DNA of 64,000 bases, from positions 806,001-870,000 of the forward strand of contig NW_027272008.1 in assembly GCF_040938485.1 (NCBI RefSeq), in the 5' to 3' direction. A model generated the notes under the pieces. That model was not told the DNA's origin and ran no database searches. It was given only the letters and a program-made list of their open reading frames with translations. Origin of the DNA: Diadema antillarum (Eukaryota). Below are positions 53,771 through 63,878 of the stretch, piece by piece (within the stretch, counting starts at the first letter, position 1; every line of letters starts with the position of its first letter). Both the position numbers and the translations under genes were made by a program.

Positions 53771-53784
53771 GGAAGTGACGTCAC
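53771..53784 (+). promoter_or_regulatory. Overlapping ETS-CRE composite motif GGAAGTGACGTCAC (housekeeping-promoter type)
   Basis: Exact sequence; matches the ETS/CRE composite GGAAGTGACGTCA and lies about 2.3 kb upstream of the TTC37 ATG. Confidence 0.5.
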
Positions 53785-53894
53785 GTACTGCAACGCGTAA
53801 TTAAATAAACTACCATCAGATAGATTCTTGGCGTCATCAAAATAATTTAGTTTACTATCAATTTCCCACAGCACAGGACTACACACGCCATATA

Positions 53895-54268
53895 CAGAGA
53901 TGCCAAGTTCAAAAAACTTTTATGAGTGAGATTTTTATGACTCGGCATCTCGGCGCTCGCGCGCATGCGCACGCGAACGAGGAGGGTGTCCCCCTCCCAT
54001 GGTAGGGAGCTTTTTAAAATTATTAGCTCTTAATGATGCGATCTAGTGCATACTTTAGTGACTATTTTTTACTAATTTTGAAAGGCAAAAGGGAAATATA
54101 CCTTCAATTGCAACTATCACTTTAATCCTTTGAGCTATGCTTCTTATTTTTGGCCCAAATTGCAGACTTCACCAGATGCGTGAGAAAAATGGGTGCCACG
54201 CGTGAGATCGTGAGACAGACCCTAAATGCTTGAGTCTCACGCAGAATGCGTGAGACTTGGTAGCTCTG
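53895..54268. mobile_element. hAT-like MITE with CAGAG termini and 6-bp TSD (CATATA)
   Basis: Ends CAGAGATGCCAAGT / ACTTGGTAGCTCTG; flanked by identical CATATA; subterminal CGTGAGA repeats. Confidence 0.75.
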
Positions 54269-55114
54269 CATATACTAAAACAGAGAGAAATGTGGAATTC
54301 GTTTAAAATTCGATACAAATAAGCAATCAAACAGAAAAGGAAATTAAGAAGGAAAATATAAAGAAGAAAGAAAGAAGCATGGAAGGAAGAAAAGAAACTT
54401 TAGTCTTTGAACATGTATCTTGCTTTCTTCTTCTTCTTTTCTTCTTGTTATTTTCAATTCTTTTTTGTGTGTAGGATGCCTATGGTTTGTGCGTCATTCT
54501 TGTATCAATTTTATTCACACTGTTACAGTTATATCAGTGTACCCCAGCACAAGTTTCAGTAACTTCTCGAGACATGCTCTCGTTATCGCGTCACTGTGTA
54601 TAGCTGCCATGTTCCATGTAAATGTACCCAGGCTGAATTTTGTTATTGATACGACTGGAATGAATCTAGATGTAGGCCCTAAATGTAGGCCTAATGTATA
54701 GGCCTAGGCTATGATGTGAGAAAGAAAGAAAGTCGAAAGCAAAAAGGAGCCTGAAAAGAAAAGGAAANNNNNNNNNNNNNNNNNNNNNNNNNNNNNNNNN
54801 NNNNNNNNNNNNNNNNNNNNNNNNNNNNNNNNNNNNNNNNNNNNNNNNNNNNNNNNNNNNNNNNNNNNNNNNNNNNNNNNNNNNNNNNNNNNNNNNNNNN
54901 NNNNNNNNNNNNNNNNNNNNNCGACGACGAAAACAACAACATTAACGACAACAGCTAGGAGACACAAGGATTTTTCCATAACGCCAGCCCTTCCGAATCC
55001 GAATCACTCGCATACAATCCGGGTAATACCCGTACCGTACCAGGCATATACCCGAACCGTATCCGTACCGCAACCGGCCGGCTCCGGCTGCTCGGACAGC
55101 ATTTTCCTGTGCAG

Positions 55115-55158
55115 AAGATGTGATGTGGCTGTTGGTTGCATTCCTGTTGCTGGAGTTG
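55115..55158 (+). other. TTC37: Candidate non-coding (5' UTR) exon of TTC37
   Basis: Bounded by acceptor attttcctgtgcag| and strong donor TTG|GTATGT. The first coding exon begins at a splice acceptor (55995), so at least one upstream leader exon must exist; this is the best-looking candidate. Confidence 0.4.
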
Positions 55159-55759
55159 GTATGTTTAAACACGAGATCAAGAGTAAGTAGCATCTGCACC
55201 ATTCCATTCATACATAATGGCGTAATGACTCAGCCCAAAATGGCTAATGATAAACAGAGAAAAGCAGAGCAAGTAGAAGTTCAAGATGTTACCCACTTGT
55301 AGCCTTACCCCGTTGGGTCACCCTTGGTCAGTCCCATATACTGAATTTAATGCTGGACGTACAAACACGGGTACCGATCTGTACACCCACTGTCACTGAT
55401 CTCTGTGTAGCCATCATAGGAAGATAAATCAGTGTACCGCACGTACTCGAGGACAAAGTTATGAATAAATCAACGTTAGTCTTCAATCTGACACACCAGT
55501 ATTTTATGTTCTGCATTACAACTCGATAAATAAATCATAACAATGTAAATTACATTTTTTTTTTTTTTTTTTTTACTTGCGGTATAAGTGCACAGGAGGG
55601 AGGAGGGAAATGAGGCTTATTGAAAATATGTGGACTACCACGTTAATGTGTTCGTAGAGAATTCTAACATTAGGGCCTAACAATTGTGATAGATTTTACA
55701 GAAGCCAACCCAATAATTACTAAAGTTAGGGGTGTACAAATAGGTATAGTAAATAGATC

Positions 55760-55868
55760 TACCGTAGTTACGGGTAAACTCGGCCTAGCGGGTAAACTCG
55801 GCCCCCAGCGTGCGCATTACAAGTGGCTGAGTTTACCAGCTAGGCCGAGTTTACCCATAACTATGGTA
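55760..55868. mobile_element. 105-bp Tc1/mariner-type MITE (almost all TIR) in the TTC37 5' region
   Basis: TA|CCGTAGTTACGGGTAAACTCGGCCTAGCGGGTAAACTCGGCC...GGCTGAGTTTACCAGCTAGGCCGAGTTTACCCATAACTATGG|TA; about 42-bp imperfect TIRs. Confidence 0.85.
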
Positions 55869-56091
55869 CTCATAGCTCATTAATGTTCCCAGGTCTTACT
55901 TGAATTCTCGTTCTTGTGATATCAACTACATTTGCAAGCTATTTCATTTCCAGGCCATGGATTTTGATTTTTTTTTTTCCACATTGTTTTGCAGATCACC
56001 AGATTGGATTTCACTCACCTCAGCCTATTGGGCAAAGTGTGAATGAGACCCCCACTTTGTGAGTAGGAGTGAGGAATACTATTCTGCAAGA

Positions 56092-56190
56092 ATGGCTGCT
56101 AGTGACAGCAAGGAAATGAAAGCGGCACTGAAGCAAGCCAAGGAGGCTGTGAAGGGAAAGAAATATGAGCAGGCACTGGAACACTTAAAG
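56092..56190 (+). CDS. TTC37: TTC37/SKIC3 (SKI3) coding exon 1: MAASDSKEMKAALKQAKEAVKGKKYEQALEHLK
   Basis: ATG 56092 in good context (AGAATGG), donor GTTTGT at 56191, phase 0. Resembles the human N-terminus [30 protein letters not shown]. The exon starts non-coding at acceptor ttgttttgcag| (55995). Confidence 0.93.
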
Positions 56191-56985
56191 GTTTGTGGAT
56201 CAGTTGTGTGATCAAGATTTACTTGATTTATTTCTGATAATTCCTCACAACAAAAATGCTCAGTGATATATTAATATCGCAGGTTTGCAACAACAACAAA
56301 AAAAAATTGCATTTCAGGATATCATTGTTAATACTAATTTTTCCCCCACCAGATTTGGCAAGTGAATCCATACAAAGGCTGCCCCAGGTGGAACAAAAAA
56401 AAAATGCAAACAACACAGATCAGATCATCATCTTTTGTGCGTACTCAATGCACTGTAAACAGCAACTGCTACACAGATTGCATCATTTCATGCTTTAACC
56501 TGTCTGCATTATCTGATATTTGAGACAAATCTCATTATTTTGTGAAGATGAGATCGATGCACTGTAGGATGAATAATGGTATGCACAACTGGATGAGAAT
56601 TTCTATGTTTACTTGTCTGTTGCAAATTGATTTTTCTTTTTCTCGATGAGCAGTCTGTTTAGAGTGTTGCACCCAGCATTAATATTTCTTCATTGTAGTC
56701 GTGTGAATCAATTATTGCTGCTTATGAGGCTCTGTGTAACACTGTTTGAATGCACACTGGCTACTTTTGTTGTTGTTGAGCATATAATTATATGATTTTC
56801 TGTCTCTTAGACATGTCATACTTTTTATGATACAATCGGGTTCATTGTCATAGTTACCCAAACACGTCTTCTCTGTTTTCTAGTTCTGTTGAGTAGGTAA
56901 ACCATGTGAATGAACAACTGAAAATATGCTCCTTTACTATCAATACAATGTTTTGTTGTTGTTTGTTTGAACTTTGCATGTGTAG

Positions 56986-57129
56986 GTGGTACTGAGCCAT
57001 GATCCCAGTCATTACAATGCCTTGGTCCTTGTTGGCAAGTCAAGCACTGAAGTGGGACTTAGCACGGAGGCGGAGCAAGCATTCAGGAAAGCAACGGAGG
57101 TTGATCCAGGTCAACTTTTGGCTTGGCAG
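56986..57129 (+). CDS. TTC37: TTC37 coding exon 2: VVLSHDPSHYNALVLVGKSSTEVGLSTEAEQAFRKATEVDPGQLLAWQ (TPR repeat)
   Basis: tgtag| acceptor, |gtcagg donor, 144 nt, phase 0-0. Matches the human motif ...AYKKAAELEPDQLLAWQ. Confidence 0.96.
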
Positions 57130-57867
57130 GTCAGGGAGAGAGTCTTTGTGAAAGGGACACTGAAACTAACTTAAAAAGGATTTTTTTTTTTTTCAGCCAA
57201 CACATCCTTTTCTTTGTGCTGTCTGTGGCATCAATTAGTGAACTTAACATGCATTAGATTTTGATCAATTATTTGTATAAACAGGCATTGAGGTATCATA
57301 TCATCATGACTAGGTGAGGTTCTTTATACTGCTGTTAGATACAGAGTTAAAGAAAAAGAAGGGATAGAACTAGTGCAGAACTTCTCAATTTCTCTGAGGG
57401 AACCAGAAACAAAGTTTTCTATTAGGAAATCATTTATACCATCATCCACACTTGCTTATTAAGACAAAACAGTTTTTATGTTTTGGGGAAAAATGTAAAG
57501 AAAAGTCAGTGTAGGGGAGTATCTTAGGACTACTAAGCATATTTCATCTTCCCTGTGATCTAGTACTTTATTGAATAGTTCTATAGAGTTGTAAATAAAG
57601 TGTATGTCACATCAGTTTTGCAGTTAGTCACATGATACTGCATACAGTACATGATGCTGTACATTTCATGTCTATTCCTATCATAGATATCAGTGAAGGA
57701 GAGAAAAAAGAAATGATGAAAGAACTTGAAAGAATTGTAATCGCAAGTTTCTGTGGTGTGCCACATTAATGTGGAAAGACAACAAAATATGACAATATCA
57801 AGTATGATATTCTAAGAGGTAGGAAGTGATGTGTTTCTCTCTATTTCTACCCATGGCTTTGTTGTAG

Positions 57868-58029
57868 GGGTTGTCGCAGCTCTATGAAAAATACAGCACT
57901 GATGTGAACCAGAGGCAGCTGCTTGGTGTCTATCAGCGCCTCATGACATTATTCCAGGACGACGCAAAAGTCCTACAGGTTGCTGAGAAGCTATCTACCT
58001 TGCATGAAAAGCTTGACCAGCCAGTAGAG
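57868..58029 (+). CDS. TTC37: TTC37 coding exon 3: GLSQLYEKYSTDVNQRQLLGVYQRLMTLFQDDAKVLQVAEKLSTLHEKLDQPVE
   Basis: ttgtag| acceptor, |gtaaga donor, 162 nt, phase 0-0. Matches human GLANLYEKY...LPGVYQKLLDLY. Confidence 0.96.
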
Positions 58030-58595
58030 GTAAGATGTATCTTTCACATTAAACCTAACATAACTGCTTGAGTTTTTGTACAAAATATGTGCAATTCTAA
58101 AAATGACCACCATCTGCTATGTCAGCAAGCCATGTTGATATTCATGGATGAAGGAGAAAAGGACATAGAGTTATAGAGAAAGAGATAGACAAACTGACAA
58201 CTAGACAGATACAGAGATAGATTGATGAATAGATATAGACAGATAAAAAAAGAAATGGATAGATTGATTAATTGATTGATATAAAGCTGAATTGATAAAT
58301 AGATATGTAGATTGATTTATAGGTGAATAAAAAGTTGCTAAATGTAGAAATAGATCAATAGATCAATAGAAAGATGAATATATGAATCTAAAGATAGGTG
58401 TAGATTGATAGATGGAAACAGAAATAATTTCCAGAATTAGGGATGTGTGGAATTAGATGAAGGGATGAAATGAGTTGAAATGTAGGAAAGTAGGAGGGAG
58501 GGAGGAAGGAGTGGGGATTTCATGAAATAACAAGAGAGGAGTTGAATAAAGGAGACTGCAAGGCTTGGGTGTTGCTGTACATTATGTAATGTGTA

Positions 58596-58954
58596 TGTTT
58601 GTTTATTTGTTTGTTCATTTCCATCTGAGAAGATGGCTGGATAGCCCATATTCAGCTACACTAAGCTGGTCTTCCATGGGGTCCAGTTGGATGTGAGGTG
58701 GGACCACTTCACTGGGTTAAACACCCTGCTCTTTGCGATGAATCAATGAAGCGGGATCTTTTACGTGCATGAGTTGTGACTCTCTCATACATGGGACCTC
58801 CATTTATGTTCTATCCGAGGGACAGAGTGTTTTGCCTCTTGCTAGAGGGGACAGTATGATTACACACAACATTGCTCAGTCCAGACTCGGGTTTGAACCC
58901 GGGCCCTTAGGATCGTGAGGCAGATGCACTACCGACTGAGCCAACTCACCGCCC
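58596..58954 (-). mobile_element. tRNA-derived DeuSINE, copy 2, antisense in TTC37 intron 3
   Basis: Reverse complement aligns end to end with 9747-10122 (17 substitutions and 1 indel by hand); A box, B box GGTTCAAACCC, (AAAC)n tail. Confidence 0.9.
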
Positions 58955-59237
58955 TATGTAGAGCAGCATACTGGATCATACTCCATGCAGTTAGTGTGAT
59001 GGTTAAAAGAAAAAGAGTAGGATAGAACAACTAATGACGGATGAAAAAATGTAGAGAGTGCAAAAGGGGTAGACTCAAGTGTACCACAGGTACACCAAAC
59101 AAGAGATGAAAAGGTATTAGTGAAATGGATGAATAAATTACCAGGTAGATACGAGTAAGGGAATAGAGCACTGATCTTCTTTCCCCCCCCCCCCCCCCCC
59201 TCTGTTTGATTATGTGTTTGTTTCTCATCTTGAACAG

Positions 59238-59363
59238 GCCTGTGATGTACTACACACAGTCATCCAGAGGTCAGGGGAAGATCCAAACAACGCCAAACGA
59301 TGGGCGAAGATTGTCCGTCTCTTGTCCAGACTGGAGTCCCTCAACCAGAGTAGTGCAAACTTG
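59238..59363 (+). CDS. TTC37: TTC37 coding exon 4: ACDVLHTVIQRSGEDPNNAKRWAKIVRLLSRLESLNQSSANL
   Basis: tgaacag| acceptor, |gtgaga donor, 126 nt, phase 0-0, open frame. W-x-K-x-x-x-x-L aligns to human LWRKLTQFL. Confidence 0.9.
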
Positions 59364-59449
59364 GTGAGACTATTTTGTATTTAAATTGTCATCTAGAAGA
59401 TACTACATAATGTTTTGCTATGCAGTTCTTGGATAAGTGTATTATTCAA

Positions 59450-59985
59450 TACAGTTGAACCTCTCGTATCCGGACAAGTCGGGACCGGGGCTCATCCGGA
59501 TAAGGGATTTGGCCGGATACGGGAGACTCAATGCTTTATACATGTACATAGATATATATATATATATATATATACAATAATACTGATGTAGCCCATTGTA
59601 GTACCACATGTAGTAATGTGTACTAGTATACTGCAACCTTTTCATTGTTACACTCAGTAACAGACCCAAAAATAGAGGTTTGTGTTTGCAAGAATGAAAT
59701 CATTTTCTTTTATAAATTCTTGGGGTGATTTTCCTAAATAATTATTAAGAAATGTATTAAGTAGAACTTGAAAGTAAACAGTACGAGTCGACGCAACTAC
59801 GCTTCAAAATTCGATCATCATGTTGGAAGTAATATGTAATTCATGTGTGTTTGTGTAGGAGTTGTCAAGGAGTTGGGAATCCCCCTTTCCTCCTGTAATT
59901 ATTTAAAAAAAATCACGGCGAGATTGCGTCCGTATAATAGAGAGATCCGGATAAAGGGAGGCCGGATAAGAGAGGTTCAACTGTA
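59450..59985. mobile_element. Tc1/mariner (pogo/Tigger-like) MITE in TTC37 intron 4
   Basis: TA target duplication; TIR CAGTTGAACCTCTC(G/T)TATCCGG matches at 21/22; subterminal CCGGATA repeats. Confidence 0.88.
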
Positions 59986-60050
59986 TTAACTTTCTCTCGA
60001 CCGGGAAAACGTGAAGAAATTCTGTAAACTATGAAATGACTTTGTGACAG

Positions 60051-60379
60051 TAGAGACTCCAACCCCGGGCACCTTCTGATCTGGAGATTCTCCCGCCTGA
60101 AACCTCTAGCGAACGGGAGACTCCAACTTGATGTGCAGTTAGCGCACATCATGAGCGCGAAGTTCCTTGCGGCCGGGGTCCAGGGTTCTAGATGCTCTCT
60201 CGTGCTATGTAAGGCTTATTTTTCAAAATACAATGACACTAATTAAGAAATTATTTCAAGCGGGAGACACAGAGCCAGGGCGGGAGAAATTAAATCTCAA
60301 GCGGGAGAACGGGAGATTTTGCAAAAATGGGCTCTCGGCGGGAGATCTCCCGTCGAAAGCGGGAGAGTTGGAGTCTCTG
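60051..60379. mobile_element. hAT-like MITE with (C/T)AGAGACTCCAAC termini and 6-bp TSD ((T/C)GACAG) in TTC37 intron 4
   Basis: 13-bp TIR with one mismatch; flanks tgacag / cgacag; subterminal CGGGAGA repeats. Confidence 0.78.
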
Positions 60380-60888
60380 CGACAGTTACTCATAGATTCT
60401 TCTTCTTGTGGCAGTCCTGTGTCCTTCAGGCTGGAAGATTATTGCAGGCATGATTCATGCAGTACTGTTTGTGCTGTGCTTTTGTGAATGTGTAGTTGTA
60501 TAAAATGTCTGAGGATATGAGTAAAAAATCTGTCAGCATGTTACACTCCCAATTCCAACCAAGTATATGTCAGATATCTACCTGGTCATCCAAACTGTAA
60601 TACTAAACATTTCCTCACACTTCCCCCACCCTCATATGTTATCTTACTGAAAATACTCTTTGTCATGGAAAGTCACAAAGTTACTTTTTCTTGCCTTCAA
60701 GTATCTAATATACTACTGATAATTCTTGACAACTCTGATGGCTTCTAAATTTCAGTCCATCCTATCGTTTTACGTTAAAGTGTGTATTCCCTATTGTCTC
60801 AAGTGAACAAGACACACATAAGACAAATTGGTACGAGCTCTCAAGTTGCAAATGGCCAATACTTTGTGATGTTTTTCTGTTCCTTCAG

Positions 60889-60984
60889 CTGAAGCTGTCG
60901 TTTGAGACTTTGCTGGCTGCCAGTGATGGTGATGCAGATACCAGATGTCAACATTACCAGCAATACATACAGTTTCTCCTCAAG
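60889..60984 (+). CDS. TTC37: TTC37 coding exon 5: LKLSFETLLAASDGDADTRCQHYQQYIQFLLK
   Basis: ttccttcag| acceptor, |gtaatg donor, 96 nt, phase 0-0. Aligns to human LFTAFENAL...LYRHFIQSLSK. Confidence 0.9.
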
Positions 60985-60995
60985 GTAATGTACAG

Positions 60996-61167
60996 TACTG
61001 TAAAAGTGGATATTTTCACGCGATTAATTTTTCGCGCTCGTCGCAGTAAAAAGAATTTCGCGTGTTTTTAATTCCGCGGAATGAAAATATCAACTACTAC
61101 TACTAGAACCTATGGCAAGCAAAAACGCTAGTTTCTGGTTTGCGCGAAAATTTCCACTTTTACAGTA
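60996..61167. mobile_element. TA-flanked MITE with CTGTAAAAGTGGA TIRs at the start of TTC37 intron 5
   Basis: TA|CTGTAAAAGTGGATATTTTC ... GAAAATTTCCACTTTTACAG|TA. Confidence 0.82.
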
Positions 61168-61740
61168 CTCTATCCAACCTTCCTGTAGCAAAGAAAAAGA
61201 TGATAGAATTTGATAAATTGTTTACATATAGATGCCTATGGGTATGTCGGTAATAACCTAAATAATTATAATTGACTTGATATGGGATCGTGTTTAACGA
61301 CTGAGGGTCGGGAGTAATGAGTAAAGTCTTACATAATATATGCTCTGTGCACATGAAACGATCATGTATTGTGAGCATGTTGGTCCTGCAAAAAGTTGTG
61401 TAGGTCCTTGTAGGAGATGGTCTATGTGATGATAGTCTCCAATGCAAGTGAAGATGGTATTGTTATTTACTTTACTGTTAAATTTCTCTATTTATGTATG
61501 AATCATGAGATTTGACATTTTGTTCCACAAAGATGAGCTACAGAAATGGTCTTTATTTTATTTGTTGCAGTATTAAACGCTAGTACCCCTCACTTTGCTG
61601 GCTGAGTAGATCTATTACGTAGCAATAAATCAATATTTCATATTTACATTTAAACATTAGATTCAGTAGATCATTCAAAAACATTCATGTAACTGTGTAT
61701 TTTCTTCATTCTGTGCTTGATTCACTAAATCCACGCTAAG

Positions 61741-61858
61741 CTTGAAAATGGCGATGTCGACGAGTTGAAGGCGGCCTGCACTGCCATGCACGAAATGTTT
61801 CCATCAAAAGTGTATCCACTCGAGAAGCTGGCAGAGCTGACCATGATCCAGACCTATG
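61741..61858 (+). CDS. TTC37: TTC37 coding exon 6: LENGDVDELKAACTAMHEMFPSKVYPLEKLAELTMIQTY(E)
   Basis: Aligns to human [23 protein letters not shown]; donor |gtatga at 61859, phase 1. The acceptor is a weak AAG at 61738-40, so the 5' boundary is less certain. Confidence 0.85.
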
Positions 61859-61973
61859 GTATGACTGTGTTGTATTTGTTTCTGATCATGATCAGTATCA
61901 AATGAGGGAGGATTGTATGCAAGGTCTTGTTAAAGGATGGTTTGTGCGCTATGGCCCAAGGTAGACTGGGGGA

Positions 61974-62100
61974 GGGGCATTTCATCAAGTGTTTTGTCAG
62001 TGATTTTAACTGACGTATTTGCTCTCAGCCAATCAGATGCAAGAATTTCAGTTGCTTAAAGCAGTTGTAAGTGACTGGAAAGTTTCATGAATCGCTGTCC
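61974..62100. mobile_element. Degenerate small MITE (GGGGCATTTCATCAAG ... TTTCATGAATCGCTGTCC)
   Basis: Imperfect terminal inverted TTTCAT(C/G)AA motifs around a CAGCCAATCAG core, a pattern I recall from a common sea-urchin repeat. Confidence 0.4.
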
Positions 62101-63135
62101 TTGAAACTGTTATCAGAGACTTCACACCAATCCATTGTGGATATTTGATTAGAAAGGGGGTGGAATGGTACAGAGCCACTGCATAAAGGAATTTTGAAAC
62201 CCAAGAAGGTTATCATTTTGTAGAAAGATGGGTTCATACCTTAAATGCCCTTTTTAGCTCATATACTTTTGTGACTGATTGTCATTAGAGGCTGATAATG
62301 ACAGCTCATATTAAGGTCTTAAAAAATGATTTCTCCAATGCAGTCGTCTTAAGTAGGCATAAAGGGTACTAACAGTTTTCGAAACTAAAAGTGTCACATG
62401 TAACCATGGTACCTTGATAACTTTCTTGCATTGATTTTTAGAAAAGCTAGCAAGCCAAAAAAAAAAAAAACTGCCAAAAAAGGGGAATCTGTCTGCAAAT
62501 AAGAAAGTCTGATAAATTTTACTTTACAGATAAATGTTTTCAAAGATCTTTTCACGGCTTGTATACTTGATTGCTAATTCAATCACTTGTTAAGTTTCTG
62601 TTTTCAGATTAACTTGAAAGTAAGCAGCAAATTGCAGGAAAACTTTTGTACTCATTGTATCAGCCACATTTAGTGTCATTGAAGCATAACATTTTGCTTG
62701 GTGTTGACAGTTTGTGGGCAATGCTTGTCAAGCCTTTGAATTAAGGTAAGAATAGCAATGCAATTCAAATTAGGAGTAGAATTAAATATTTTTTAGCTTG
62801 TTTACACACTTTGTATAACATCCACCAGTGTGATAAGGTCTTCTGGTGTGTGGGTAGAATATATTCATCATATACTCAGTAATGATTTGCAAGCTAGTTT
62901 GTCAAATTCTGAACTTCTCATTTTGAAACGTAATTCAACAAGGGCTTTTGTCAATATGTGAATGGTCCTTTTGTAGCCATTTTTTTGCATAATTGCAGGA
63001 GAAGCAGTTTTCATTATTATTATTATTTTTTTTTTTGCTTGAATGTTGACATACTCTATTTTTTATTGATTAAGACTTGATCTAATTACAGTGCTTGCGT
63101 TAAACTACATGTAGACATCTTGTTTGCCTTCTCAG

Positions 63136-63336
63136 AAATGGCAGAGTCTGGTGACTGGTCAGTGTATGACAAACTCCATGAGCTTGACAGCAAGAATGGA
63201 CTGGCGCTGATCGGTCAAGCTCAGGCCAAACTGGCCGGACACATTTTCGAGAGCGCGAAGGGAGCTGGGCAAGATTTCAAGACTGCCCTCGAAGCTAAAC
63301 AGTATTTCAAAACAGCGACAGAACTACTGGAGAATG
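63136..63336 (+). CDS. TTC37: TTC37 coding exon 7: (E)MAESGDWSVYDKLHELDSKNGLALIGQAQAKLAGHIFESAKGAGQDFKTALEAKQYFKTATELLEN(E)
   Basis: ttctcag| acceptor, |gttagt donor, 201 nt, phase 1-1. DSKNGLALIG aligns to human DSKSGPGLIG. Confidence 0.92.
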
Positions 63337-63779
63337 GTTAGTACGATAATGCTGACATTTAAAAAAAAGAAAAGATGGAGCTATAAAATAATTGTGGTTG
63401 AAAATGTAATGAAATGCTTTAAAAAAATTGTGAGGGGCTGGATATTCCATATTCAGACTTCCTGTAGACAGTAGTGTTTGACTGAACCATTCTAAAAATG
63501 CTTGTTACCATGGGGATGTATTGGATACATGTATTTGTTCACAGATATCTTGGTAGTAACAGTGTGATTTGATTTTTTTTCACATATTTTCTATTTGAAA
63601 GTCATTAGACAGCTCAGTAAGAAAAGAATTGACTTTTTGATTTTTTTTTGTGCTTCGTTTTTAAATTGAGCCATGCAATGTCAAACGCTCACTTTGTTCA
63701 TGCACTATGCATAGTGGAAATCCATTCCAAGTAGTTTAACATTGCAATCTGCTTTCTCTGTCATGTTTTCTCAAATCAG

Positions 63780-63878
63780 AGAAAAGACACAAGATGTTCC
63801 CTTTCTACTGGCTCTTCCTGGCCCAGTGGCAACTGGTCTGCCATGCGGGAGAGAAAGCAGAAATCTCAGCCAAAAATG
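63780..63878 (+). CDS. TTC37: TTC37 coding exon 8: (E)KRHKMFPFYWLFLAQWQLVCHAGEKAEISAKN; gene continues beyond the window
   Basis: aatcag| acceptor, |gtaaga donor, 99 nt, phase 1-1. YWLFLAQWQLVCH aligns to human GWYHLAEAQVKMH. Confidence 0.88.

Noticed and set aside
54975-55100. CCGTAC/CCGAAT-repeat GC-rich stretch as a hAT subterminal fragment or the TTC37 core promoter
   Set aside because: No termini or TSD are visible because it abuts an N gap; the two readings cannot be told apart, so it is not called.
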